From: Candidatus Woesearchaeota archaeon
GTDB taxonomy: Archaea; Nanobdellota; Nanobdellia; Woesearchaeales; UBA12501
Direction: 5' to 3'
DNA: 64,000 nucleotides
NCBI GenBank assembly: GCA_030651375.1
Contig: JAUSFM010000009.1
Span: forward strand, 65,345 to 129,344
Part shown: positions 36,001-44,363 of the stretch, piece by piece
Layout of the letters: every line of letters starts with the position of its first letter
Numbering within the stretch: position 1 is the first letter of the stretch
The notes under the pieces: model-generated
Databases searched by the model: none
Told to the model about the DNA's origin: nothing
Seen by the model: the letters and a program-made list of their open reading frames with translations, nothing else
Program-made: the position numbers and the translations under genes

Positions 36001-37169
36001 ACAGAACGGGGAGAGGGAGGTGGAGCAGGAGTTACAGGAGCTGGTTCAACCGCTGGTACAGATTCAGGCACGCGTGGCGCTGGTTCAGCCACGCGTGGTG
36101 GCACTTGTTCTGGTGTTTCACTTTCATATTCTTTTACCGCCTTTTCCAATGCTGTGTCAAACACTTCAAAAAATACTTTTTCCTGCGCGGTTTTAAACCG
36201 GCTTGCATCTCTTGGCTTGTATTCGTGTTTCGGATTAAATACACCTGAATTATGTGCGTTGATTATTTCATCTTCAGAAGCACCAAATAAATCTGCAAGT
36301 TCATCGAGTGATAACGATTGTGTTGGTGTTTTACCAGGAGCACTTTCGCGCCATAATTTTACTTTGAGCACGTTTCGAGCTTCTGCACCGTCGTCTTTTC
36401 GTAATCCTTTACTATCCATATACTTGTGTGCTGTTCCACCTGTTGTAAATCCTGCTAAACTTTTTGCAATGCCATATCCAACAATATGGTCCGAATCATA
36501 TCTTATTCCTTCTGCAAATTTTATTTGTTTTCGTTCACCGTCATAATAGTCTTTGCGTATTCGTTCGTATAACCGTTCGACAAGAATGTCCTGCATATCT
36601 TCAGCTGTTGTATCTTTTGGCGGCGTCGGTTCTTTGTGAAGGGGTGCCGGTGCAATTGGTTCAGGTTCACGTTCACGAATAGGCGCTGGCACCGGTACAA
36701 CTATCTCGGGTGGTGCTGCCCTAGCCGGAGCTGCTGAAGCTGCTGCACGCTCCTCTCGTTCCGCCAAACGATTTCGTGTGCGTTCTGCCAGAGAATCCGT
36801 GCTCAATTCAATAACTTCAATCTGGCGATCGGATTGTTGAACATACGTGAGAAACAACGGTTGAGAAGAATCGCGCGCTTCAACATAGTGTGCTGCCTCT
36901 GAAAAAACACCGAGCGGAATGCCATTTGCTGCAACACCGACATCTTTTCCAACTGATTTTACTTCAATGGCAGTTCGTGAGATGAAACCATCAAGGCCGA
37001 CGATGCCGGTCGATCCGTGGTATGTTTTGTCAGGTGTTCCGTGCAGTTGAATTTCGAGTGGCCTGCCAAGTAAGGCAGCAGTAACTTCGTCAATGGTTGT
37101 TGTGGCACTCGTTGCAGAATCAAGCGGTATAATGCCTGCCCTTCCTACCTTAAACCAGTGTTCAGCCAT
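33060..37169 (-). CDS. Giant modular protein: PD-(D/E)xK-like N-terminal domain, internal ~150-aa repeats, Pro/Ala-rich linkers
   Basis: 1369 aa. The N-terminus has a restriction-endonuclease-like motif GIVGLDGFIS...AIEVKSVG (D...EVK). Two related modules (ERLYERIRKDYYDGERKQIKF...VFFEVFDTALE versus LEKGYYNTAQRRIRF...VYFKAFDYALE) are separated by PAPxP-rich linkers. First gene of the operon. Confidence 0.6.
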   Translation of the reverse strand: MAEHWFKVGRAGIIPLDSATSATTTIDEVTAALLGRPLEIQLHGTPDKTYHGSTGIVGLDGFISRTAIEVKSVGKDVGVAANGIPLGVFSEAAHYVEARDSSQPLFLTYVQQSDRQIEVIELSTDSLAERTRNRLAEREERAAASAAPARAAPPEIVVPVPAPIREREPEPIAPAPLHKEPTPPKDTTAEDMQDILVERLYERIRKDYYDGERKQIKFAEGIRYDSDHIVGYGIAKSLAGFTTGGTAHKYMDSKGLRKDDGAEARNVLKVKLWRESAPGKTPTQSLSLDELADLFGASEDEIINAHNSGVFNPKHEYKPRDASRFKTAQEKVFFEVFDTALEKAVKEYESETPEQVPPRVAEPAPRVPESVPAVEPAPVTPAPPPSPRSVPSRPLLEELAQAVFSHLVQTGQYTAEGIMLGYDAEHQQLVAHSQTLTPSSPADIPLLAVTPHQAREGSDGYNARYTSYQRYVNEVYADAFGHVPFSLHQKFSPLDVKFFGLYKSAGDVRIRTYADLEASLGIDSALAHRAVEDGLLKKAKTVDLDWPSINNLLPQLFPIVREHQSVWYQELTGGAVAGEAPSEAEEQRIAARAATIDTVVEPDAPDAPAPPHPAASAASAGRKFVLSDDLLLTDPLRYLAQGIERGIRYQKLYDPTTDMITLPGHKPIKSGDVPRYYKVRELLKTRITDGAFQQWKGKEHPLLRHHHDAPAGVMMEDILAIHLSDLTDVKKYLDVEIAGFFGVPFEAIQRLQGQKYFAAVEKFAKPATPVRQRFRESFNLAFDTMKAGGTLLGDYVAAESANVDSPATRPAPAPSPALSPIPVPPPAPSPAPAPTPIAASIDDVLVSVPAPASPASARPEVPAPATSSSTHPFDDTYAMAYLATALRHKILEKGYYNTAQRRIRFDDQHLYVPNMVVEYVVAAQVTKKAVGKLHEFVNTHRLKASGLGIAASTALKIKLWAEVDLKPEPLAPPNHAALYAILGPELLQVYSKTNLFTPESGTPTASDIKARQREVYFKAFDYALESLTGRTTVEDVVGLPKGTKVVIPSLEEKVASPAGEQAPLAPASAAETTGYTAPAPAGTTPSKREETPVLVQPERRSGSLGARITPRAEDGVYQYRLSTAPKNEEEAVALLVAAYQPEFSRRLFEYMRRSGRFAADQIVLKGNDAEHAYGVEDIVLTSDLAELMPPQVTPGRINAAIRQFPDTMRKAVTGEGYHVSPFVAAAILYEPFSWKKSDGTKIPVNRIMPALLLDGEKPDLQLEKYIREYMATEKLGDQQLIGYDVFSKAYWKLAAGWAQAMHYDDSRAELMKQVGFLDENQTMKVLTQHGVPADAGYHALETQLRKAGKTLFGLAHVNDVEAMAPRLLE

Positions 37170-37251
37170 AAGTCCCCAGCAAGCATGTGGAGAAGAAGTG
37201 TTTAATAAGGCTTTATATGGTGGAGAATATATGAATAACCATCCTTAAAAA

Positions 37252-38304
37252 TCAGGCATGAATCGTTTTTCCCTCAATCTCTATTTTCTTCCCCATCATC
37301 TGCTCCACCACAAATACATTCGTCTTGGTGTGGTTCGTTATCTCGCTCGTTTTTATTTCCCCGCCAAGCAATCCAAGAAGCGGAATCAAATTGTCAGCAA
37401 GGTGCTGGTCAACCGCAGCGCCGCTCTGAATTTCAGCAAGCAGTTTCTGCGCGCAGTCACTTCCCACTTCCTCTGCCCGTTTTCCTTTTTCACCCAGCAC
37501 GTCAGCGCCCAGCCGAATCGGATTTTTGGCATCAATATCATTTTTGTCTTTGGAGAAAATCGCCCAGAGCGTGATGCCGCAGCCGTCGCTTGGCGTATTC
37601 ACATATTCTGCTGTTATATTTATCGGGCATGACACTTTCTGACCCAGCGCGACTTTTGCACCCCGTGCCATGCGCTCGGAAACCTGCGCGTCTTGCAAGG
37701 TTGCTGAAGCGTGCGCAATTCCTTTGATGTGGATGAGGTGGTGTTGTTCTGTAAGCGCAAACGGCACACTTTTTTTCCCCTCGTCAAGCGTGGTGTGCGA
37801 ATCAATCTTTATATCAACTCTGCCGGCGCCTTTTGGATAATAGCCGCGCTGCTCAAGCTTGCACATGATGTCTGCATATCTCCGAAATTGCGGCACAATA
37901 ATTTCGCAGAAATAATCCCAGCTCGGGCTCCATGCAACATCAGTGCCGCCGGTTATTTTGAGGCGGAATTTTTCGCCGGAAAAGGCCAGCGGCAGAAGAA
38001 GGGATTGCATCAGCAAGGTAATTGAGCCGGCCGTGCCGATGTCCAATGACAGCGTGCGGCCTTTTAGCTTTCCCGGAACGTAGTTAATCGTGGTTGAGCC
38101 GAGTACGGCGTCATCACCATATGCATTGCACAGTTGTTCCATGGCTTTGATTGCCGTGAGGTGCTGCGCCTTCAAGCCGGGTTCGGCACGGCCCGCACGA
38201 ATTTTATCAACGGTAACTGCTTTGCCCATGAGCGTTGAAATGCCGATTGCGGTTCGCACGATTTGCCCACCGCCTTCAAGATACGAGCCATCGATGGTGT
38301 TCAT
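37252..38304 (-). CDS. rtcA: RNA 3'-terminal phosphate cyclase
   Basis: MNTIDGSYLEGGGQIVRTAIGIS N-terminus and overall length fit RtcA. The track ORF is extended 5 codons upstream. Confidence 0.85.
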   Translation of the reverse strand: MNTIDGSYLEGGGQIVRTAIGISTLMGKAVTVDKIRAGRAEPGLKAQHLTAIKAMEQLCNAYGDDAVLGSTTINYVPGKLKGRTLSLDIGTAGSITLLMQSLLLPLAFSGEKFRLKITGGTDVAWSPSWDYFCEIIVPQFRRYADIMCKLEQRGYYPKGAGRVDIKIDSHTTLDEGKKSVPFALTEQHHLIHIKGIAHASATLQDAQVSERMARGAKVALGQKVSCPINITAEYVNTPSDGCGITLWAIFSKDKNDIDAKNPIRLGADVLGEKGKRAEEVGSDCAQKLLAEIQSGAAVDQHLADNLIPLLGLLGGEIKTSEITNHTKTNVFVVEQMMGKKIEIEGKTIHA

Positions 38305-38354
38305 ACCATTCGCTAACAAGGATGTTTTTATAAATTTTAGGAAAAACTATTTAT

Positions 38355-38789
38355 ATGCCACAATGTATTGTTTGTGCTATGGCATCAAAAAGAGGGAAAA
38401 GAAGGGGAACAAAGAAGCCGGCGAAACGAACAACACGGCACGCGGCAAAGAAGGCGACAAAACGAACGCAAAAACGCGTCGTTAAAAAACCCGCGAAAAA
38501 ATCAAAATCATCTCCAAAAAAATCAAAATCAACACAAACGACACCAAAGCAAAAAATTGTTGGCCTTGTCACTCATTTCTATCCGCACATCAGCGTCGGG
38601 ATTGTTGAAGTCAAAGCGCCGCTCAAGATTGGTGATTCTATAACCATATCCGGCCACGGCAAGAGCTTCAAGCAAAAAATAACATCGATGCAGATTGAGC
38701 ACGAATCAATCAAAACCGCGCGGAAAGGCGATTTTATTGGGATTAAAACGCTCCGGCCGGTAAAGGAGAAGGATGTTGTGATGAAATAA
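38355..38789 (+). CDS. Protein with K/R-rich histone-H1-like N-terminal tail and small beta-barrel C-terminal domain
   Basis: The first ~70 aa are mostly K/R/A/T/P (KRGKRRGTKKPAKRTTRHAAKKATKRTQKR...), followed by a ~75-aa globular domain. Confidence 0.45.
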   Translation: MPQCIVCAMASKRGKRRGTKKPAKRTTRHAAKKATKRTQKRVVKKPAKKSKSSPKKSKSTQTTPKQKIVGLVTHFYPHISVGIVEVKAPLKIGDSITISGHGKSFKQKITSMQIEHESIKTARKGDFIGIKTLRPVKEKDVVMK

Positions 38790-38794
38790 TCTTT

Positions 38795-39715
38795 TTATTC
38801 TTGCTTCTTAAACCATTCCACCGTCTTTTTCAGCCCATCTTTGAATGGGATTTCCGCGTGCCAGTCAAGCACCTTCTTCGCTTTTTCACTATTCAAAAAG
38901 CTGTGCCGAATATCACCCGGTCGTTCTTGGCTATGTGCCGTTGTTCCTTTTCCCACAATTTCCTTCAACATTGTTGCCAAGTGATTTACGCTTGTCTGCG
39001 CGCCGGTGCCAATGTTAAACACATCATTCTCCCCTTTGGTCAATGCAAGCACATTCGCCGCTACAATATCATCAACAAAAATATAGTCACGCGTCTGTTC
39101 GCCATCCCCGAAAATGGTGCACGGCTTTCCTGCCAACATAGCGCGAATAAAGAGCGGCACCACACCAGCTTCGCCGCCATCTTGGTGCGGCCCGTACACG
39201 TTCGCATACCGCAGAATCACAAAGGGGATTTTGTACAAATTCTGGTAACAGCGCAGGTACAATTCACTCGTCATCTTGCTGGCGCCGTACGGTGAGAGTT
39301 GGAGGAGCGCATCTTGTTCATTCAGCCCGTTTTTTCCCGGCTCTTTGTCACCGTACACCGCTGCTGATGAGGAAAAAATAATTCTTTTAACACCATTTTT
39401 TCTGGAACATTCAAGCACGTTAATGAGCCCGAGCACATTTATTTCATAATCTTTCACTGGGTCGCGCACTGAAGCCTCGGCGCTTGCCTGCGCGGCGTGA
39501 TGGTTCACCACATCTGGCTTTTCTTTTTCAAAAATGCCAGTAAGTTGGGCGGCATTGCGGATGTCCGCGTGATAGAAGCGCATTCCCGTGGGCACGCGTT
39601 GTTTTTTTCCGGTGCTCAAGTCATCAACTATAGCAACATCGTGCCCTGCTGCTGCGTAGGCCTGCGCGATATGGCTGCCAATAAATCCAGCGCCTCCGGT
39701 AATAAGAATTTTCAT
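38795..39715 (-). CDS. NAD-dependent nucleoside-diphosphate-sugar epimerase/dehydratase (GalE-like)
   Basis: Rossmann motif MKILITGGAGFIGSH and catalytic YxxxK (YGASK). Confidence 0.85.
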   Translation of the reverse strand: MKILITGGAGFIGSHIAQAYAAAGHDVAIVDDLSTGKKQRVPTGMRFYHADIRNAAQLTGIFEKEKPDVVNHHAAQASAEASVRDPVKDYEINVLGLINVLECSRKNGVKRIIFSSSAAVYGDKEPGKNGLNEQDALLQLSPYGASKMTSELYLRCYQNLYKIPFVILRYANVYGPHQDGGEAGVVPLFIRAMLAGKPCTIFGDGEQTRDYIFVDDIVAANVLALTKGENDVFNIGTGAQTSVNHLATMLKEIVGKGTTAHSQERPGDIRHSFLNSEKAKKVLDWHAEIPFKDGLKKTVEWFKKQE

Positions 39716-39748
39716 AATGAAACCTTACGATGGTGAAGTTTTCGGTGG

Positions 39749-39973
39749 TTAGCGCCGCTTTTTCCGCTGTAGTCCGGTAATCTGTGCAAGTTTGGTAAAT
39801 AATTTTGATGCATGTGACGCCTCGCCCATAAATGCTTTGTTCTGCTGTTCGAGCTGTTTTTTTGTCGGGAGTTCCGCATCTTCCTGCTCAAGTTCCTGCA
39901 ATTCTTTTTTTGCAAGGGAAGGAATCTTCATTGCTGAATGCCGTTCAAGACTGCTTTTTCGCCTGTTTTTCAT
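39749..39973 (-). CDS. Hypothetical small basic protein
   Basis: 74-aa ORF, charged, no motif. Confidence 0.3.
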   Translation of the reverse strand: MKNRRKSSLERHSAMKIPSLAKKELQELEQEDAELPTKKQLEQQNKAFMGEASHASKLFTKLAQITGLQRKKRR

Positions 39974-40844
39974 GTCTGCCCTCTTTTTCTTTTTCCTCTT
40001 TGGTATCTTTAGTGTTTAGAATGATGATATTACCCCTGCCTTTTTTAATTTTTCTTATTTTTCCTGCGGTTTCAAGCTCGGTGAGGACGAGGCTGATTTT
40101 TCCCTCTGAAAGTGGCACCTGCTTGCGGAGCTCTTTTTGCGTGGTACGGCCGTCTTGTTCCTTGATAAATTCCATGACTTGCTGTGCCACTGCGTCTTCT
40201 TCTTTTTTTATTTCATTGTCTTCATCGTTTTCGGTGCTTGTTTCTTCTGTTTCATTTTCATTATTTCCCTCATTTTCACTACTTACTTTTTTCTTTTTCC
40301 GTTCCGGACTGTTCATAAACTTATAAAAAACATAAATAACTACAAGCACAATGATTCCCGCAACACCAAAAAGGGCGTACGTGGTAAACCGCTTCTCTTC
40401 GATAAAGATGTTGTCCACATCAAGCGCGCTTTCAGCGAGAATATCATCTTCTGCGGCGAAGCTCGGAAGGAGGAACAGGTCAAACACATACGATCCGTCT
40501 TCCTTGACCACGACACGCTCTTCTGTTGTCAGGAGGGATGCATTTTCTTTGTACTGCGCGCGGATAATATACTCACCCTTGTCAACAGTAAACGCGTAGG
40601 TGCCATCGGTTGAAACCATGCGCTGCTTGGGGCTGGTGCTTATCTCGGCAACGGCTTTTTCAAGTTTTTTGAGGTCAAGATTGTAAATTGTGCCGTGGAT
40701 AAGTGCCGCAGCGCTTACCATCTGAAGCGATATAAGCATAGCAAGAAGCACAAAAATTCCTATGGCGGTTATTCGCTTGGCTACCATTTTTACCCAAGGG
40801 GCTGGTCGAAGAGGGGGTATAAAAGCATTATGGTTTTCGAGCAA
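39945..40844 (-). CDS. Membrane-tethered winged-helix transcriptional regulator
   Basis: N-terminal TM helix, carboxypeptidase-regulatory-like beta domain, second TM helix and acidic linker. C-terminal wHTH (VMEFIKEQDGRTTQKELRKQVPLSEGKISLVLTELETAGKIRK). Confidence 0.5.
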   Translation of the reverse strand: MLENHNAFIPPLRPAPWVKMVAKRITAIGIFVLLAMLISLQMVSAAALIHGTIYNLDLKKLEKAVAEISTSPKQRMVSTDGTYAFTVDKGEYIIRAQYKENASLLTTEERVVVKEDGSYVFDLFLLPSFAAEDDILAESALDVDNIFIEEKRFTTYALFGVAGIIVLVVIYVFYKFMNSPERKKKKVSSENEGNNENETEETSTENDEDNEIKKEEDAVAQQVMEFIKEQDGRTTQKELRKQVPLSEGKISLVLTELETAGKIRKIKKGRGNIIILNTKDTKEEKEKEGRHEKQAKKQS

Positions 40845-41106
40845 AATACGTCGATAATGTGGGCTTTAATCGGGTACACATAGTCAAAAAAAGCCGTAAA
40901 ACAGCGTATTTTCAATTTTAAAGCTTCAGTAAAGTTTTATTCGTTTCATGCACGTTGAATAAAGTTTTATCATGAAGCTTTTGGCAAGTATCTTTATAAG
41001 CACTTTCGCCTCATATTTCCTTGGTGGTTGTTGCAGGGGCGCAATGGCCGTTGCATCACCGACCAAAAACATTCAAAAACTATTCAACCAAAACTGGAGG
41101 GATACC

Positions 41107-42753
41107 ATGAAACAAATTAAAAGATATGGATCATTGATTGCCCTTTTTTTGATGGCCATTCTGGCCATGGCAGTGCCTATTGCTGCACGAGAACACCAAG
41201 GCCTCGGGCTTGGAATTGGCGTGCGAGCATCCGCAGCTGCACAGGCAGATACTGATGCGGCTACTACTGATATAGGTGTACCTGCTGACACTGCTGTTTC
41301 GGCAGACGTCTCCGGCATGCCTCGAATTGGCGCCCGACGTCCCTTTGCTATGCCCATTGGCATAAAAAACGCACAATGTGTGCACGCATGTATTGAATCA
41401 ACTGCCCGGGCATCTTCGAGCGGCACCGTCTCCGATGACCAGCGCAGGCAATGCATGGAAAAATGCAACGCTGAAAAAAAAGCTGAAAAGGAACAGCGCA
41501 AAGAACAGCGTGACGAAAAAAAGGCATGGCACGGAAATTTTTCAGGAGCAGTGCGCGCCATTACTGGACAGCAAAAAATAATCCGCGAGGACTTCAAAGA
41601 CTTCAGAAAATCAATGAAGAATGAAACATCGAATGAAACGTCCGATGAAAAACCAAGCATGACCGACGAAGAAAAGGCAAAGCTTCAGGAAGCAAAGAAA
41701 GCAATGCTCGATCAAATTGATAATCTGCGCGAGAAAAAGCAGGAACTCTTCGAATCAATTCCCGCAGCGTTCAAAACCCCTCGGCTTATTGCCCGTGGTG
41801 AAATGATGCAGCTCAACCATGCACTTGGCCGCACCCAACAGGATTATGCGGACGCGAAAAAGCTGCACGTTGAGTCACGCGCGAGAATTGAAGCACAGAA
41901 AAAGGCGTATCACGTCTGCATGCAGAACACCAAATCCGCAGTTAATGATGCTGATGCAACGCGATCCGCAGAAGCGCAGGTTGATTTCAGCCACTGCAAA
42001 GAAATAAAAAAGGAATTTTCAGGCGATGTGAAAACATTTCTCCTGAAAACAGCTGACATGGTTGTTGAATCCCTCAACAAGCTCAAATATCAAGTGAAGC
42101 TTTCCGAGGACATCACCGACGAGGCATCAGTAACACTGGTTGCGGAAATTGAACAGCGGATTATCGATGTTAAAAACGCCCGCGTTACCGTTGAAGAGCT
42201 AAAAGATGAGGCTGATAGCGTGCAGCTTAAGGCTGCGGCAAAAACAATTCGCGACGCATGGCAGGAGACCAGAGTCCTTTTCAAAAAGGACGTTGGCGTA
42301 CTCATGCAGGCAAAGCTGGGCAACATTATCAACCGCATGGACCAACTCAAAGAAAAATTCAGCAAGGCACGTGACCTGCTGAAAGGCAAGGGCGCTGATG
42401 TGTCGTCTCTCGACGACATGCTCGGTTCCTTTGACGCGAAATTGAGCACAGCACGAGCAGACTATGAACAGGCCGTGACGCTTTTTGCACAGGCGCAGTC
42501 AGCAAAAAATGCAGACAGCGTGGTGAAACAGGCGCATGAGCTGGTTAAGCAGGCGCGGACTGACCTCAAATCTGCACAGGAAGAGCTTCGTAAGCTCACT
42601 GCAGAACTGAAGGTGCAGCTCCGGGCAACCGCAGAAACAGAAGCAGCTGCATCTGCACAACCTGCATCTTCAGAGGCACGCGAAAGCACTGTCTCTGCTG
42701 ATGTAAATGCGCAGGCCGAGGCATCTGCTGAAGTATCTGCATCGAGCGACTAA
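41107..42753 (+). CDS. Secreted alpha-helical/coiled-coil protein
   Basis: Signal peptide MKQIKRYGSLIALFLMAILAMAVPIAA, then a K/E/A/Q-rich helical sequence. The track ORF starts upstream at 40972. Confidence 0.5.
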   Translation: MKQIKRYGSLIALFLMAILAMAVPIAAREHQGLGLGIGVRASAAAQADTDAATTDIGVPADTAVSADVSGMPRIGARRPFAMPIGIKNAQCVHACIESTARASSSGTVSDDQRRQCMEKCNAEKKAEKEQRKEQRDEKKAWHGNFSGAVRAITGQQKIIREDFKDFRKSMKNETSNETSDEKPSMTDEEKAKLQEAKKAMLDQIDNLREKKQELFESIPAAFKTPRLIARGEMMQLNHALGRTQQDYADAKKLHVESRARIEAQKKAYHVCMQNTKSAVNDADATRSAEAQVDFSHCKEIKKEFSGDVKTFLLKTADMVVESLNKLKYQVKLSEDITDEASVTLVAEIEQRIIDVKNARVTVEELKDEADSVQLKAAAKTIRDAWQETRVLFKKDVGVLMQAKLGNIINRMDQLKEKFSKARDLLKGKGADVSSLDDMLGSFDAKLSTARADYEQAVTLFAQAQSAKNADSVVKQAHELVKQARTDLKSAQEELRKLTAELKVQLRATAETEAAASAQPASSEARESTVSADVNAQAEASAEVSASSD

Positions 42754-42781
42754 TACCAAGAATAATAAGAAATACCACCTT

Positions 42782-42843
42782 CCCGCGCTGTCGGTTATCC
42801 AATCCCAAACCCGGCTATGACAGCGCGGTTTTTTATTTTTTTT
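42782..42843 (+). terminator. Stem-loop (10-bp stem CCGCGCTGTC/GACAGCGCGG) followed by a T-tract of about 15 nt
   Basis: Directly downstream of the stop at 42753. The inverted repeat plus oligo-T is visible in the sequence. Confidence 0.55.
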
Positions 42844-42926
42844 AGGTGGGACGTGAGTGGTTTGCTGTAGAAATAAACTAAAAAACTCAAATAGAGCAAT
42901 AACAAAAAAAATGGCGGGGTGTCCTC

Positions 42927-43184
42927 ATGAAAAAAATCCTACATATCATCGTATTAATTGCCGTTGTCTTTGCATTGTCCGGATGCGTGTTTGGGCCAAA
43001 GAAAAGCAAATTGGTGCCGGACGGGCCTGCGCAACCTCTTGGTTCAGGAGCATCTGCCCTTTCCAATTCAGCAAATACAGTCATCACTGACCATGACGAA
43101 CAAGAACTGGCAGACTTGTCAAGGGAACTTGATGAGGACATCAATTTCGATGACATTGAAGAATTGACCAAATTAGATATCTGA
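42927..43184 (+). CDS. Small acidic lipoprotein
   Basis: Lipobox-like LSGC after a hydrophobic signal; acidic C-terminus. Confidence 0.4.
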   Translation: MKKILHIIVLIAVVFALSGCVFGPKKSKLVPDGPAQPLGSGASALSNSANTVITDHDEQELADLSRELDEDINFDDIEELTKLDI

Positions 43185-43319
43185 TTTTGTTTTATTTATT
43201 TTTGGTTTCATGTGCGCATAGCCACTAGGCTCTGCCGTATTTTTTTTTGAATTCGTGCAGCGGGCACGCTATCATCATCGTATAAAAAACAAAAAAATAA
43301 CTACAACGAGGTGTAACTG

Positions 43320-44312
43320 ATGGTACAAGCAAGAACGCAAGCAAGAACATTTGATGAATACGAAGAAGTTAGTGCAGTATATGAGCGCGACTATGTGGAG
43401 TGGGAATCAGAGCTGCTTCCGCTTGAAGTGCTGGCAGCAGAAGAAGGAGTGGCATTAGACCCGTGTCATCATCCGGGAAGCGATGCCCAGCCCATTCTGT
43501 TGACCAAGCGGAAAGAGCGGGAAAAAACATTCCAACCTGATGAGCTCGATGCGTTGCTCGACTCCATCGTCGCCACCAGCACGCCGATCACTGGCAAGCC
43601 AGCACCACCTGAATCATCTCACCAGCCCTACAAAGATGTTGCAACGCTGCTTTCTGAATTTCAGGCTGCGCATGACGAGCTTCGATCCTATGCATTGAGC
43701 GACTTGGCTGATGGCGCCAACCGGCAGGAGTACCAACGTGCACTCGGAACAGCGGTCGGCGTTCTTGACGGGCTCAAGCACCATTATGTCGGCCTTGCTG
43801 ACACGCTAGCGGCGCTCGAAGAAGAACAGTATCGGCGAATGGAACAAAAAACCGGACATCTTGCTGAAGAACAAAAGCAGCTTGGACTGGATCGCGATAT
43901 GTACGACTTGATTCGGCACGATGAAACTGCTGGAGTTGCCTGCACCAGCGGCACAGTGTTGTTTCGGGCAGAAAGCAAACTCGCTGCACAGATTGGGCAA
44001 CGAACTCGCCGGATAACCACACTTGAAAAATCGTTTGCTGCAGACCGGAGCGTTAACTATGTGCTCAACAATTCCTTGGGGAGAGCGTGGACTGCCGTCG
44101 AAAGAATTGAAGATATGCAAGGCAGCATGGCCAACGGCTTTGCGCTGTATGCAGCGTTGCGCATGGCGCCCCATGAGCATGCGCTTGACCATCTTCAGCA
44201 AACGCTTGCTACGGTGCAGGCAGAAACCTATCGGGACTCACTGTCTGCTGCGCTGAGTATAATGCATGGACAAACCGTGCCGCAGCAGGCGTATCTTGGA
44301 GCAGTGCAGTAA
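43320..44312 (+). CDS. Hypothetical protein
   Basis: 330-aa ORF, coding-like, no recognised motif. Confidence 0.4.
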   Translation: MVQARTQARTFDEYEEVSAVYERDYVEWESELLPLEVLAAEEGVALDPCHHPGSDAQPILLTKRKEREKTFQPDELDALLDSIVATSTPITGKPAPPESSHQPYKDVATLLSEFQAAHDELRSYALSDLADGANRQEYQRALGTAVGVLDGLKHHYVGLADTLAALEEEQYRRMEQKTGHLAEEQKQLGLDRDMYDLIRHDETAGVACTSGTVLFRAESKLAAQIGQRTRRITTLEKSFAADRSVNYVLNNSLGRAWTAVERIEDMQGSMANGFALYAALRMAPHEHALDHLQQTLATVQAETYRDSLSAALSIMHGQTVPQQAYLGAVQ

Positions 44313-44363
44313 ACGCAGTAACAATGCAAGCTGAGAAACTTTTTATTTTTGTTTTATTCTTCT

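Noticed and set aside
33516-36682. Several 60-200-aa ORFs on the + strand inside the giant gene (for example 33737..34120, 34543..34788 Gly/Ala-rich, 35929..36546)
   Set aside because: They are antisense shadows of the Pro/Ala-rich linker regions and lack independent support.
40972-41106. N-terminal 45 codons of the track ORF 40972..42753
   Set aside because: The signal peptide begins at the MKQIKRYG Met (41107). The upstream extension is hydrophobic but Cys-rich and follows no promoter. It is probably non-coding.
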